Shown in pieces: positions 10,264 to 21,755 of a stretch of 64,000 nucleotides of DNA; positions within the stretch are counted from its first letter, which is position 1; each line of letters opens with the position of its first letter. This DNA comes from an uncultured Planctomycetales bacterium (GTDB lineage: Bacteria; Omnitrophota; Gorgyraeia; Zapsychrales; Fredricksoniimonadaceae), in NCBI GenBank assembly GCA_964438075.1, contig CAYTIW010000007.1:1-64000 (forward strand), in the 5' to 3' direction. The translations under genes were made by a program, and so were the position numbers. Below the pieces are notes generated by a model. The model did no database searches. It was not told the origin of the DNA and saw only the letters and a program-made list of their open reading frames with translations.

Positions 10264-10482
10264 ATGTTAGCTGAAACATTCATTATTATTACGGTAATGT
10301 TCATAGCTGTTATGGGGCCGAACGTCGTCATCGGTATGCTGGGCTATGCCGTGATCAAAGCGCTAAGTAGAAATCCCTCTGCCGCTTCCAAGATCTTCGG
10401 AGCGATGGTCATCATGTTGATATTCGTGGAGGCGATATCGATCGTGGCCATGATGGTGATTTTCCAACTTTTTGCGAGGTAA
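10264..10482 (+). CDS. atpE: F-type ATPase c subunit (proteolipid) homolog
   Basis: 72-aa two-helix hairpin. Polar loop RNPS (where E. coli has RQPD) and conserved carboxylate in helix 2 (LIFVEAISIV). GGGAGG RBS. Confidence 0.8.
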   Translation: MLAETFIIITVMFIAVMGPNVVIGMLGYAVIKALSRNPSAASKIFGAMVIMLIFVEAISIVAMMVIFQLFAR

Positions 10483-10485
10483 TCG

Positions 10486-10716
10486 ATGCAATTTCAGTAT
10501 TGGCCCGAAGGATTGATATTTATAGCCCTGTTCACGTTTATTATCGGGTTCCCCTGTGTCATGGTGGCTATATTGGGAACAAAACTTATTAATTATATAG
10601 GTCAGTATCCGTCCAAGTGTGCCAGGCGTCAGATGATAGCGTGTTTGCAGCTTTTTGTGATTGAGCTGATCTCGTTCGCGATCTTGGCGCTTTTTTATCA
10701 TATCTTTTCCGATTAA
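10486..10716 (+). CDS. Small 2-TM membrane protein between the c and b genes (AtpI/AtpR-like position; function unknown)
   Basis: 76 aa with two hydrophobic segments and Arg residues (ARRQMIA) next to the second helix. Starts 4 nt after the c-subunit stop. Far too short to be subunit a. Confidence 0.5.
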   Translation: MQFQYWPEGLIFIALFTFIIGFPCVMVAILGTKLINYIGQYPSKCARRQMIACLQLFVIELISFAILALFYHIFSD

Positions 10717-10730
10717 CAAAGGAGCCGGTC

Positions 10731-11486
10731 ATGACGTTCGAATTGATCGTTGGATTCTTCATACTAAATGCCCTTGTTACAGGGGCTATTATTCTGGCCC
10801 TGCACTGGGTCTTTGTTTCCAGTGTCGACGGAGCCAAACAAAGGCTGGAACGCGATGCCGAGTCTGCCCGGGCCCGCGAGGCGGAACTTAACCGCAAGAT
10901 CAGGCAGGCTGATGAAGAGCTAACGGCCCGGAAGAAAGAACTCGACCTTGTCGAACAGCGGATGAAAGGCCAGCTTGAGCAAGAGACCGAAAAACACCGG
11001 GAAGACCTGGTAAACAAGGCCCGTAGCGAGGCTGAAGAGATCATCGCCAAAGCACAGATAGCGGCTGAAGGTTTGCGCAAGGAGGCTGAGAAACAGATGG
11101 AGATAAAGATCATCGATTATTCGACCAGGATACTTAACGAGATCTTTTCTAGAAAGGCCAAAGCGGCTTTTGAAAAAGATCTGGTCGAAGAGTTCGTTTC
11201 CCAACTTAAAGAGATCGATATGTCCAAGATCAGCCTCGAGATCAAGAAGGCCGAAGTGGTTACCGCCTGCGGGATATCCGATGAGGACCTGAAACGTATT
11301 GCGGATATGGTCAGGGTAAAGACCGGCCGCGACATAGCTTTGGAGACCAAGGTGTCGGATGAGTTTGTGGCCGGGGTGGTGGTCAAGTTCGGCAGCCTGC
11401 ATTTGGACGGAAGCGTGCGGAACGCCATTCGGGAATCGGCGTTAGCCCTAAAAGGCGAAGTTGATAAGGGGAATTTACGAAAGTAA
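10731..11486 (+). CDS. atpFH: F-type ATPase b subunit fused to the delta (OSCP) C-terminal domain
   Basis: N-terminal TM helix, then an A/E/K/R-rich coiled coil (b-like), then a C-terminus ...VAGVVVKFGSLHLDGSVRNAIRESALAL matching the delta C-domain GG-I-R-GD-V-DGSV signature. 251 aa. Confidence 0.7.
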   Translation: MTFELIVGFFILNALVTGAIILALHWVFVSSVDGAKQRLERDAESARAREAELNRKIRQADEELTARKKELDLVEQRMKGQLEQETEKHREDLVNKARSEAEEIIAKAQIAAEGLRKEAEKQMEIKIIDYSTRILNEIFSRKAKAAFEKDLVEEFVSQLKEIDMSKISLEIKKAEVVTACGISDEDLKRIADMVRVKTGRDIALETKVSDEFVAGVVVKFGSLHLDGSVRNAIRESALALKGEVDKGNLRK

Positions 11487-11498
11487 AAAGAGCTCGTA

Positions 11499-13791
<2,293 letters not shown>

Positions 13792-13793
13792 AG

Positions 13794-15539
13794 ATGTTGA
13801 AGTCAGCGGTAAATAAAGCAGTATGCGAAGCGCTTCTCAAAAGTACTCTTTTGGACGAGCCTAACCTCCAGAAATATGCCGCTGAGGCCCATCGGCTGAA
13901 CCAGAAGATATCCTTTTACCTCGTCCAGCAAGGCATTTTGAAGACCCCCGCCGTTCTCCGGGCCTTGGCAGAACATTTCCACTTGGATATCGTCAATCTG
14001 AAGACGGTCAATGTCGACCGTATGGCCATCGACCGGGTCCCGGTCAAGTTCGCTTCCTATTACCGATTCATGCCCTTGGCCGTGGACGGGAACCGTTTGA
14101 CAGCTGCTGTTTCGGAACCGCTGGATATACATAATCAGGACGACATACGCGCGCATTTAGGCCTGGAACCGCGTTTTGTCCTGGCCTCGCCGTGGGATAT
14201 CGATGAAGCTCTGAAGCGTTATTACGGCCTGGCTTCCGAGACCATTGACCAGATATTGACCAAGGACCCGCAGAAACGGTCGGCCTTTTCCGAAGACCGT
14301 TCTTCCAAGATAGAGGATATCGAGAAGCAGAGCGAAGACCCGTCGGTCACTAAACTGGTCAATCAGATCATTTTGGAGGCCTACCAGAAGCGGGCTACGG
14401 ATATCCACATCGAACCCTACCGTAACCGGGTCCGTTTCCGCTATCGTATCGACGGGGTTCTGCTCGATGCCAATCTCCCTCCGGAAGCAAAGCATTTTCT
14501 CCTGGCCATAATATCGCGTATAAAGATCATGGCCAACCTGACCATCACCGAGAAGCGGCTTCCCCAGGACGGGAGCGCGGTGGTACGCGTGAAGGAACAG
14601 GCCCTGGACCTGCGCGTTTCAACCATCCCCACCCAGCACGGGGAGAGCATGGTCATACGACTTTTGCCGACCACTACCACGCTGCTGGACCTGGAGAAGC
14701 TAGGGTTTAATGCCGATAATGCCAGCAAGTTCAGGGAACTGATACGCCATCCGCATGGCGTTATTTTTGTTACGGGGCCTACCGGTAGCGGAAAGACCAC
14801 CACCTTGTACGCCTGCCTGAACGAGATCAACGACCCGACCCGCAAGATCATCACTATCGAGGACCCGATAGAGTATGAGATGGAGGGGATCACTCAGATA
14901 CAGATCAACTCCGGCATCGATTTCGGTTTCGCGACCGGCTTGCGCAGCATCCTGCGGCACGATCCGGACATCCTCATGGTGGGAGAAGTGCGGGACCGGG
15001 AGACGGCCGACATCGCTATTCGTACTGCCCTGACCGGCCATTTGGTGTTCTCCTCGCTGCACACTAATGATGCCGCAACCGGGGTGACACGCTTGGTTGA
15101 TATGGGGGTGGAACCTTATCTGGTGGCCTCGAGCGTGCAAGCTTTCATTGCCCAGCGTTTGGTGAGGGTCATATGCCCGCAGTGCAAAGAGGAGGACCGC
15201 GAGCCGCTGATGGAGATAAGGAAGGAGATAGCCAGGAGTTTAGGTTTCTCCTCGCTGGATGAAATAAAATTCTTCAAGGGCCGGGGCTGTGACCAATGCA
15301 ACAATACGGGTTATTATGGCCGTACGGCTATTTATGAAATATTGGAGATAACCGAAGCCATCCGCTCCGCGATCCTGGACAAGCCGAGGGCGGAAGAGAT
15401 AAAACGCATAGCCGTACACGGAGGGATGCGCACGCTGCGGCAGGACGGCTGGAAGAACGTTATAGCCGGTGTTACCACTCCGGCCGAGGTCTTGAACGTA
15501 ACGCTTAAGGAGACGGCTGGGGCATCCTCCGCGGTCTAG
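13794..15539 (+). CDS. gspE: Type II secretion / type IV pilus assembly ATPase (GspE/PilB family)
   Basis: N-terminal GspE_N-like region, Walker A GPTGSGKTT, Asp-box, His-box, and a C-terminal tetracysteine CPQC...CDQC. The start codon is 2 nt after the atpD-like stop. Confidence 0.9.
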   Translation: MLKSAVNKAVCEALLKSTLLDEPNLQKYAAEAHRLNQKISFYLVQQGILKTPAVLRALAEHFHLDIVNLKTVNVDRMAIDRVPVKFASYYRFMPLAVDGNRLTAAVSEPLDIHNQDDIRAHLGLEPRFVLASPWDIDEALKRYYGLASETIDQILTKDPQKRSAFSEDRSSKIEDIEKQSEDPSVTKLVNQIILEAYQKRATDIHIEPYRNRVRFRYRIDGVLLDANLPPEAKHFLLAIISRIKIMANLTITEKRLPQDGSAVVRVKEQALDLRVSTIPTQHGESMVIRLLPTTTTLLDLEKLGFNADNASKFRELIRHPHGVIFVTGPTGSGKTTTLYACLNEINDPTRKIITIEDPIEYEMEGITQIQINSGIDFGFATGLRSILRHDPDILMVGEVRDRETADIAIRTALTGHLVFSSLHTNDAATGVTRLVDMGVEPYLVASSVQAFIAQRLVRVICPQCKEEDREPLMEIRKEIARSLGFSSLDEIKFFKGRGCDQCNNTGYYGRTAIYEILEITEAIRSAILDKPRAEEIKRIAVHGGMRTLRQDGWKNVIAGVTTPAEVLNVTLKETAGASSAV

Positions 15540-15634
15540 TGCCTTTTTGCCCATTTTTACTTCAGCCCCCTGTCCTGGTGTTTTGCATCGTTGGGATCGT
15601 TCGATGACTCTAAATAATGAAAGGGGCCGGTCCC

Positions 15635-16846
15635 ATGCCGGTTTTTGCCTATAAAGCCAAAAAAGACAATGCTGAGACGGTCCTGGGCGATATCGTGGCC
15701 CGGGATGCCAACGAGGCTATCGAGATGGTCAGCCGTCGCGGTCTCTTGCCGGTCGCCGTTGAAGAGAAGGAAGGAGAGGGTGCGGCATCTGTATTGGGAT
15801 TGTCTGCCGGAAATGTCCGTCGAAAAGACATCATGGTGTTCACGGGGCAGTTGGTGAGCTTGCTGAAGGCCGGGGTCCCTCTTCTGCAATCGATAGAACT
15901 GTTGTCAAGGAAGACACGCAACGCCAAACTAGCCTATGTTCTGTCCGATATCGCGCTGAACATACGCAACGGCAAAACTTTCTCCGCAGGACTGGAGGAT
16001 CATCCGGATATCTTTGAGCCCCTGTATACGGCTATGGCCCGGGCGGGTGAGGAAGGCGGGAGCATTCGGGAAATGCTGGCTGAGATGGCTGATTATTATC
16101 GCAAGCAGGAAGATATCGCCCTAAAGGTCCGCGGCGCGCTGACTTACCCGGCGGTCATGTTGGTAGCCGGTATCGGCACGGTCATTTTTGTGCTTACTTT
16201 CGTGCTGCCTAAGATCAAGGTGCTTTTCAAGGATATGCATACGGCGCTCCCCTTGCCAACGGTGATAGTACTCAAGTTGAGCGAGATGGTGCAGAATGGG
16301 TGGCCCGTGATCCTGGCTATTGCGGTCCTGGGCGCTTTATCATGGCAATCCCTCCGTCGCATGGCAGCTTTCCGGAGGGCCGTTGGCCAGGTCATTTTTG
16401 CCTTGCCATGGGTAAGGGAGTTTGCCTTGAAAATAGAGATGCAGAGGTTCACCAGGACCATGAGCTTCCTGCTGGAAGGCGGCATCCCTATATTGCGGGC
16501 TTTGGAGCTGGCCATCCCGACACTGTCAAATGAAACTTTGAAGGATGACCTGGGCAAGTGCAAAGATATGATAGCGGACGGCGCCACCTTTGGGGACACG
16601 CTAAGACGTTCCGTTCTCATACCTGATATAGTGCCGTCATTGGTAGCGGTAGGGGAAGAGGCCGGCGCGCTCGCACAATCACTCAGGGATATAGCGGAGA
16701 CTTACGAGCAGGAGATCGGCGAAAGCACCAAGGCCATGTCGACCCTGCTGGAACCGCTCCTGATTCTCCTGGTGGGATCGGTGATAGCCTTCATTGTTTT
16801 TGCTATGTTGATGCCTATATTTCAGATGGATATTTTCGCCCAATGA
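15635..16846 (+). CDS. gspF: Type II secretion inner-membrane platform protein (GspF/PilC family)
   Basis: Start MPVFAYKAKK... is typical of GspF. Two GspF-domain repeats with three TM segments. The ORF track extends 6 codons upstream, but an RBS favours 15635. Confidence 0.85.
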   Translation: MPVFAYKAKKDNAETVLGDIVARDANEAIEMVSRRGLLPVAVEEKEGEGAASVLGLSAGNVRRKDIMVFTGQLVSLLKAGVPLLQSIELLSRKTRNAKLAYVLSDIALNIRNGKTFSAGLEDHPDIFEPLYTAMARAGEEGGSIREMLAEMADYYRKQEDIALKVRGALTYPAVMLVAGIGTVIFVLTFVLPKIKVLFKDMHTALPLPTVIVLKLSEMVQNGWPVILAIAVLGALSWQSLRRMAAFRRAVGQVIFALPWVREFALKIEMQRFTRTMSFLLEGGIPILRALELAIPTLSNETLKDDLGKCKDMIADGATFGDTLRRSVLIPDIVPSLVAVGEEAGALAQSLRDIAETYEQEIGESTKAMSTLLEPLLILLVGSVIAFIVFAMLMPIFQMDIFAQ

Positions 16847-17685
16847 CCCTGACATGGAAGTTCATAGCGCCGGTGGCCGTGTTATGGTTAGTTATGGTTA
16901 TGGGCCCCGCGCGGGCCGTTGAAGAGCCATTTCGTGAACTTAAGGGCGATCATTTTATTGTCAAATATTTGCTTGAGGATGAACGCAGCCGGGCTGTCCA
17001 GATATTAACCCGCGCGGAGTTATATTATAAGAGGGTGGCTGAAAGTATCGGTTATAACCGTTACCAGGAATACTGGACTTGGGAACGGCGCGTGACCGTA
17101 GTTCTTTATCCTGACCAACTGTCCTACGCCAAGTTCACCGGACAGCCACAGTGGTCCAAGGGGTATGCCAGCCGGGATTCCAAACTGTTCAGGACCAAGG
17201 TGATCGTTTCCTATGATGGCCAGCCTGAATTCCTGGAGGAGATATTGCCGCATGAGATCGCACATTTGATCCTGTGGGATTTTCTCGGATTTACCCGTAA
17301 GGTGCCGATATGGTTCGAGGAGGGCTTGGCCCAGCGGGAGGAGGATGGCAAGAGAGCCGTTGTGCAGCAGGCCATGAAGGAAGTTGTCATTTCCGGGAAC
17401 GATATCCCTTTTGCCACCTTCCATGGACTGGATGTGGGCAGGATCACGGACCCGGTGCAGGTTTCATTGTTCTATGCCCAAAGTCTCTCGGTGGTGGAGT
17501 TCATGATCGGTAAATACGGCCGTGATGCTTTCAGGAACTTTTGTCGTGAGATACGGGAAGGCCGGGCGTTCGAGGAGGCTTTGCCCCGCGCCTACCCGGC
17601 CATCTTTCGGACGGTGGATGATCTGGGATCGAAATGGAAGAATTATATGCAGAATGAAGTTGTTTCTTCAGGAGGCGGGCTATGA
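16843..17685 (+). CDS. Secreted gluzincin-like metallopeptidase (HExxH ... E), family uncertain (Peptidase_MA-like)
   Basis: Signal peptide. HEIAHLILWDF followed about 18 aa later by WFEEGLAQ, giving thermolysin-like zinc ligand spacing. Overlaps the gspF stop (ATGA). Confidence 0.5.
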   Translation: MTLTWKFIAPVAVLWLVMVMGPARAVEEPFRELKGDHFIVKYLLEDERSRAVQILTRAELYYKRVAESIGYNRYQEYWTWERRVTVVLYPDQLSYAKFTGQPQWSKGYASRDSKLFRTKVIVSYDGQPEFLEEILPHEIAHLILWDFLGFTRKVPIWFEEGLAQREEDGKRAVVQQAMKEVVISGNDIPFATFHGLDVGRITDPVQVSLFYAQSLSVVEFMIGKYGRDAFRNFCREIREGRAFEEALPRAYPAIFRTVDDLGSKWKNYMQNEVVSSGGGL

Positions 17686-18089
17686 ATAACAGCAGAGGGT
17701 TCACGCTGGCAGAGATAATGCTGGTGGTCATCATAATAGGGGCCTTGGCGGCCATGGTCGTCCCCCGCTTGTCCGGCCGGTCCGAACAGGCCCGTATCGC
17801 CGTAGCCAAGGCGGATATAAAGACCAACATCCCTACCGCTTTAAAAATGTACGAGTTGGACAACGGAATGTATCCAACTACAGAGCAGGGTCTCCAGGCT
17901 CTCCGGGAAAAACCATCGTCCGCCCCGGCCCCCAGGTATTGGCACGGGCCTTATTTGGAACAGGATCCGGTGGACCCTTGGGGTAATCCTTACTTTTACG
18001 AATCACCGGGGACCCATCGCTCAGATTACGACTTATATTCCAAAGGCAAGGACCAGAATTCTCCCGATGGTTACATCACCAACTGGTAA
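17682..18089 (+). CDS. gspG: Major pseudopilin GspG (T2SS)
   Basis: Prepilin leader plus GFTLAEIMLVVIIIG. Conserved GspG core LDNGMYPTTEQGLQAL...GPYL...DPWGNPY.Y.SPG...YDL.S.G.D...DI.NW. AGGAGG RBS. Confidence 0.9.
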   Translation: MNNSRGFTLAEIMLVVIIIGALAAMVVPRLSGRSEQARIAVAKADIKTNIPTALKMYELDNGMYPTTEQGLQALREKPSSAPAPRYWHGPYLEQDPVDPWGNPYFYESPGTHRSDYDLYSKGKDQNSPDGYITNW

Positions 18090-18528
18090 CAGGACCGCCC
18101 ACCGCCGAAGCTTTTTCCCGGACTCAAGGGTGGGGCTGACTTTCGTCGAGGTCATGGTCACCTCGGTAATACTATCGGCGGGGCTGGTGGCGATTTACCG
18201 GTCTTTCTTCATCGCAGCTGACGTCGTGCAGCATCTTTCCAACCGGCTTTACGCCCTGAATCTGCTGGAAAACAAGATCACAACGATAGAAAGGGATTTC
18301 CGGTCGCGGAAAGATTTCGATATCGGCCCCTTGACTGAAGACGCCGTGGTGAATAATCATCCCGTGGTTTTTCAGTATCGAGTGGAACTAAAGCCGGTGG
18401 GCAGTCTTCTGACAGTGTTCCAGCTCGACATTTCCTTGTCCTGGGAGGAAAGGGGAAGGTTTCGGAGCGTTTCCCGTTCGGCCTATTTTTCCGGTGTGAC
18501 CCCCTTGGAAAAGGGGGATGCCTCATGA
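18067..18528 (+). CDS. Minor pseudopilin (GspH/GspI-like)
   Basis: G|LTFVEVMVTSVILSAGL N-terminal methylation-type hydrophobic helix after a basic leader. Operon position. The exact start is uncertain. Confidence 0.55.
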   Translation: MVTSPTGNRTAHRRSFFPDSRVGLTFVEVMVTSVILSAGLVAIYRSFFIAADVVQHLSNRLYALNLLENKITTIERDFRSRKDFDIGPLTEDAVVNNHPVVFQYRVELKPVGSLLTVFQLDISLSWEERGRFRSVSRSAYFSGVTPLEKGDAS

Positions 18529-19148
18529 GCTTTCGACACGAAAGGGGCCTTATGAAATCCTGCCGTAACTCCGGCTTTACTCTGGCCGAGGTCCTTTTGG
18601 TAACGGTCCTTTTCGCTTCCATAGGGCTGGTAGTTTTCAACTGCCTGAACAATGGCCTCAAACTATGGATGAGGAGCCAGAGCCTGGTTGACGAGCAGGA
18701 TGCGATCGTTTTCTTTGACCGTATAGCCGGGCATTTGCGCAACGCCTTCCTTTATTCAGAGATCCAATTTGCCGGAGAGCCTGAACGGCTGGCATTCCCG
18801 ACGGTTGTTTATACCCCAGCGGACCGGGCAAGTTCGCGTGCCTGGGAAGGATACGTGGAACAGATAGGGATGGTCCGGTATTCCTTTGATGTCGCCCGAG
18901 GCAATGTCTTGCGTGAAGAGGCTGATTATTCTCTCGCCACCCGGGGCAGCTTCGGCCCGGCGAGAGTGGAAGTAAAAGGGGTCAAAGACCTCCGTTTCAG
19001 GTATTACTACTCCGGACACACAGAACCTTCCTTGACCGCTCACGATCAAAAGGCGCTGCCGGCCGGGGTGGAGGTGGAGATACGTTTGGCGGGAGACGGC
19101 GCTGAGAAGGTGTTGAAACGCTATGTGCCTATCCCGGCGGGGAGTTGA
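18525..19148 (+). CDS. Minor pseudopilin (GspJ-like)
   Basis: NSG|FTLAEVLLVTVLFASIGLVVF prepilin-type N-terminus. 207 aa. Overlaps the neighbouring genes. Confidence 0.55.
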   Translation: MSFRHERGLMKSCRNSGFTLAEVLLVTVLFASIGLVVFNCLNNGLKLWMRSQSLVDEQDAIVFFDRIAGHLRNAFLYSEIQFAGEPERLAFPTVVYTPADRASSRAWEGYVEQIGMVRYSFDVARGNVLREEADYSLATRGSFGPARVEVKGVKDLRFRYYYSGHTEPSLTAHDQKALPAGVEVEIRLAGDGAEKVLKRYVPIPAGS

Positions 19149-19149
19149 T

Positions 19150-20178
19150 ATGCGGGTATCGTCCAGCCAAGGCGGTTTTATATTGATCTTTACTCTGTGG
19201 GTGCTTGGTTTTCTTTCCGTTCTGGCTATCGCCGTCGGAATGGGTTCCCGGCAGAAGATCGCTTTTCTGGAAAGGCTGGAAGACCGCAGCCGGCAGCACC
19301 TGTCCGCAGAGGCCGGGGCCAAGAAGGCGCTCGCTTTGTTGGTCGACGATATCGAGAACAACAAGTTGGCTTTTAACGCCGAGGCCAAGTCCCGTAGGCA
19401 TAATAATCCGGCTGATTTCTCCGGCATTGTTGTCGGCGATAACGGATTCGATGTCTTACACACGGTTTATGACGAAACATCCGGCGCCATGGTGGAACGC
19501 TATGGGGTTTCCGACGAGCAGGGAAAACTCAACCTTAACAACGTCAGTGGCGAACAGCTGGCCAGGCTCTTGGCAGACGTTTTGGGCATGACGACCGAAG
19601 AGGCGCGGAAACAGTCCCAGGCTATTATAGACTGGCGCGATTATGGCAAACATGAAGCCGAAGGTTTTTTTAGCGACGATTATTATAAGAATCTCGAGCA
19701 TCCTTATGAGATGAAGGAGAAGCCCTTCGAACGCATCGATGAACTCTTGCTGGTGAAGGGGCTTGATAATAATAAGTACCATAAATTGCTGCCGTTCGTC
19801 ACGGTATGGGGAGATGGCAGGGTGAACATCAATACCGTTTCGGAGAGGGTCCTCGTTGCGCTGGGGCTGGATCCGGCAGTGGCAGAAAAGGTCCTTAAGG
19901 TCCGCCGGGGAACGGATGACCTTGAATCTACCAGCGACGACCATATATTCACCCGGGCTTTTGATGTTGCCGTTGAGGTCAAGGCGGTCTTGCCTCTGGA
20001 AGAACGCGAGATGCGGCAGATCGACGCCCTTAACACCCGCGGGCTGTTGTCGGCCAATTCTTTTTTGTATTCCATTCGAAGCCGGTCATTGCTGGCTGAC
20101 GGAAAAACAGGCGGGGCAGAAGTGAACATGGTTTTTGATGCTTTGGCCAATAAAATCGTATTCTGGTTCGAAAAATAA
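19150..20178 (+). CDS. gspK: Minor pseudopilin GspK-like
   Basis: N-terminal hydrophobic helix GGFILIFTLWVLGFLSVLAIAVG. About 340 aa with HhH-like segments (ERVLVALGLDPAVAEKVLKVRRG). ATG at 19150 has a GGGGAG RBS; the ORF track begins at 19123. Confidence 0.5.
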   Translation: MRVSSSQGGFILIFTLWVLGFLSVLAIAVGMGSRQKIAFLERLEDRSRQHLSAEAGAKKALALLVDDIENNKLAFNAEAKSRRHNNPADFSGIVVGDNGFDVLHTVYDETSGAMVERYGVSDEQGKLNLNNVSGEQLARLLADVLGMTTEEARKQSQAIIDWRDYGKHEAEGFFSDDYYKNLEHPYEMKEKPFERIDELLLVKGLDNNKYHKLLPFVTVWGDGRVNINTVSERVLVALGLDPAVAEKVLKVRRGTDDLESTSDDHIFTRAFDVAVEVKAVLPLEEREMRQIDALNTRGLLSANSFLYSIRSRSLLADGKTGGAEVNMVFDALANKIVFWFEK

Positions 20179-20244
20179 ATCAGTTTTGGGTTGATTGACG
20201 GAAAAAGCTTAGTCTATAATGTAGCCATCAAATGCGGAGAAAAC

Positions 20245-21744
20245 ATGAAGCTTAAGCGGTCGCGATTCGTCAGCATAGCCATAAGTGCGACTTCGGTAAA
20301 GGTCGCTCTGATCAAAAGTTCAGGTTCCGTCGAGAGACTGGTAATCCGTAATATCGACAAGGGCAGTCCCGACAGCGCGCTGCAATCTGCTCTCACCGGC
20401 CTGCCAGTGAAAGGCGCGGATATCCTTTGTGTGATCCCGGGTGAGGTGGCGACTACCAAGAACTTGGAGATCCCCTCAGTCGATCATGAAGAAATTGAAT
20501 CTATCCTGGCCCTGCAGGCCTCCCGGCATACTCCTTTCAACAAAGACGAGATATTGACCTCTTATATCAAACTCGGCAACCCGAGATCAAATTTTACCCG
20601 GGTATTAATGATCGTTGTCAAACGGGACACCGTGAAAGATAAACTGGCTATCATCAAGCGCGCCGGTCTCAATATCAGCACGGTCATGTTCGTGCCTGAG
20701 GGCGTTGCGCGTTTTTATGCCGCGGCTCTCAAGGTGAAGAAGAACGATCTGCCGCTTGCGATAGTCGATGTCGGACTGCAGAACACGAATTTCATGATCG
20801 AATCGCAATCCACGATCGTGATGTCACGCAATATACCCATTGGCATTCAGCAATTTGGCACCGACACTGAAGCGTCCAACTTTCTGGTCAAAGAGATCAA
20901 GGCCTCCATGGATACTTATGAACAGGAGTCCGTCGACCGCAAGCCGGGACGTTTTATCCTTACTTCTAAACATGTGGCCTTGTCCGGGTTGGAGACGCAC
21001 ATCGCGGCCATTATGCCCGGCGCCCGTTGCGAAATCGTACCCTACCAGAATTTAGTGAAGTCAGGCAAGGAGGTTAAAGAAGTACTGGCGAAGAGTTTTT
21101 CCGATGATTCCGCGCTGGACGTCATCGCTCCGGCGGTGGTGGCGGCGAAATGTCAGGCCGAACTGGTCCCGCAGGATATCAAGGACCAGCGGGCGATCGT
21201 TGAAAAGGGACGGGCGACCTATATAGCGGGTGTGCTGATCACGCTTTTGTTGCTTTCGGTAGGAGGGGCTGTGATGAGCAAACTTTATTACAAGGATACT
21301 TTCCTGAAAAGGAACCTGATCGCCAAGTACGCCTCCCAAAAGCAGGAAGTCAAGGACATCGAGACTTTGATGCGCAAGACCAAGATCCTGCGTGAATATA
21401 TGCAGACCCGCGACATAGCGCTGGAATCTATCCGTGAACTCTATCGGCTCACTCCACCGGAGATCTATTTCAATAACATCAGCCTGGATGAGGCTGACGG
21501 CAGTGTTTCGATCCAGGGGATAGCCGATGACATGTCGAACGTGTTTTCCTTCGTGCCCGCACTTGAGGCGTCCGCATTGTTCGAGGGAGTTAAGACCAAG
21601 TCCACTTCGACGAAGAAAGACCGTGAAAAGACCGTGGCGGCATTCGAGATCGTGATGCAGTTGAGCAACCCCGACGGCAGAACAAAAGCCAAGCCGGTGA
21701 GTGAGGCGTCGGCTTCACCGGCGAAAACTGAGAAGGCAAAATAA
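20245..21744 (+). CDS. GspL/PilM-PilN-like bitopic assembly protein (cytoplasmic actin-like domain, one TM helix, periplasmic domain)
   Basis: N-terminal region resembles the PilM/GspL cytoplasmic domain. Single TM helix (YIAGVLITLLLLSVGGAVM) at about residue 340. ATG at 20245 has a GGAGA RBS. Confidence 0.55.
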   Translation: MKLKRSRFVSIAISATSVKVALIKSSGSVERLVIRNIDKGSPDSALQSALTGLPVKGADILCVIPGEVATTKNLEIPSVDHEEIESILALQASRHTPFNKDEILTSYIKLGNPRSNFTRVLMIVVKRDTVKDKLAIIKRAGLNISTVMFVPEGVARFYAAALKVKKNDLPLAIVDVGLQNTNFMIESQSTIVMSRNIPIGIQQFGTDTEASNFLVKEIKASMDTYEQESVDRKPGRFILTSKHVALSGLETHIAAIMPGARCEIVPYQNLVKSGKEVKEVLAKSFSDDSALDVIAPAVVAAKCQAELVPQDIKDQRAIVEKGRATYIAGVLITLLLLSVGGAVMSKLYYKDTFLKRNLIAKYASQKQEVKDIETLMRKTKILREYMQTRDIALESIRELYRLTPPEIYFNNISLDEADGSVSIQGIADDMSNVFSFVPALEASALFEGVKTKSTSTKKDREKTVAAFEIVMQLSNPDGRTKAKPVSEASASPAKTEKAK

Positions 21745-21755
21745 GGAGTCCCGCC

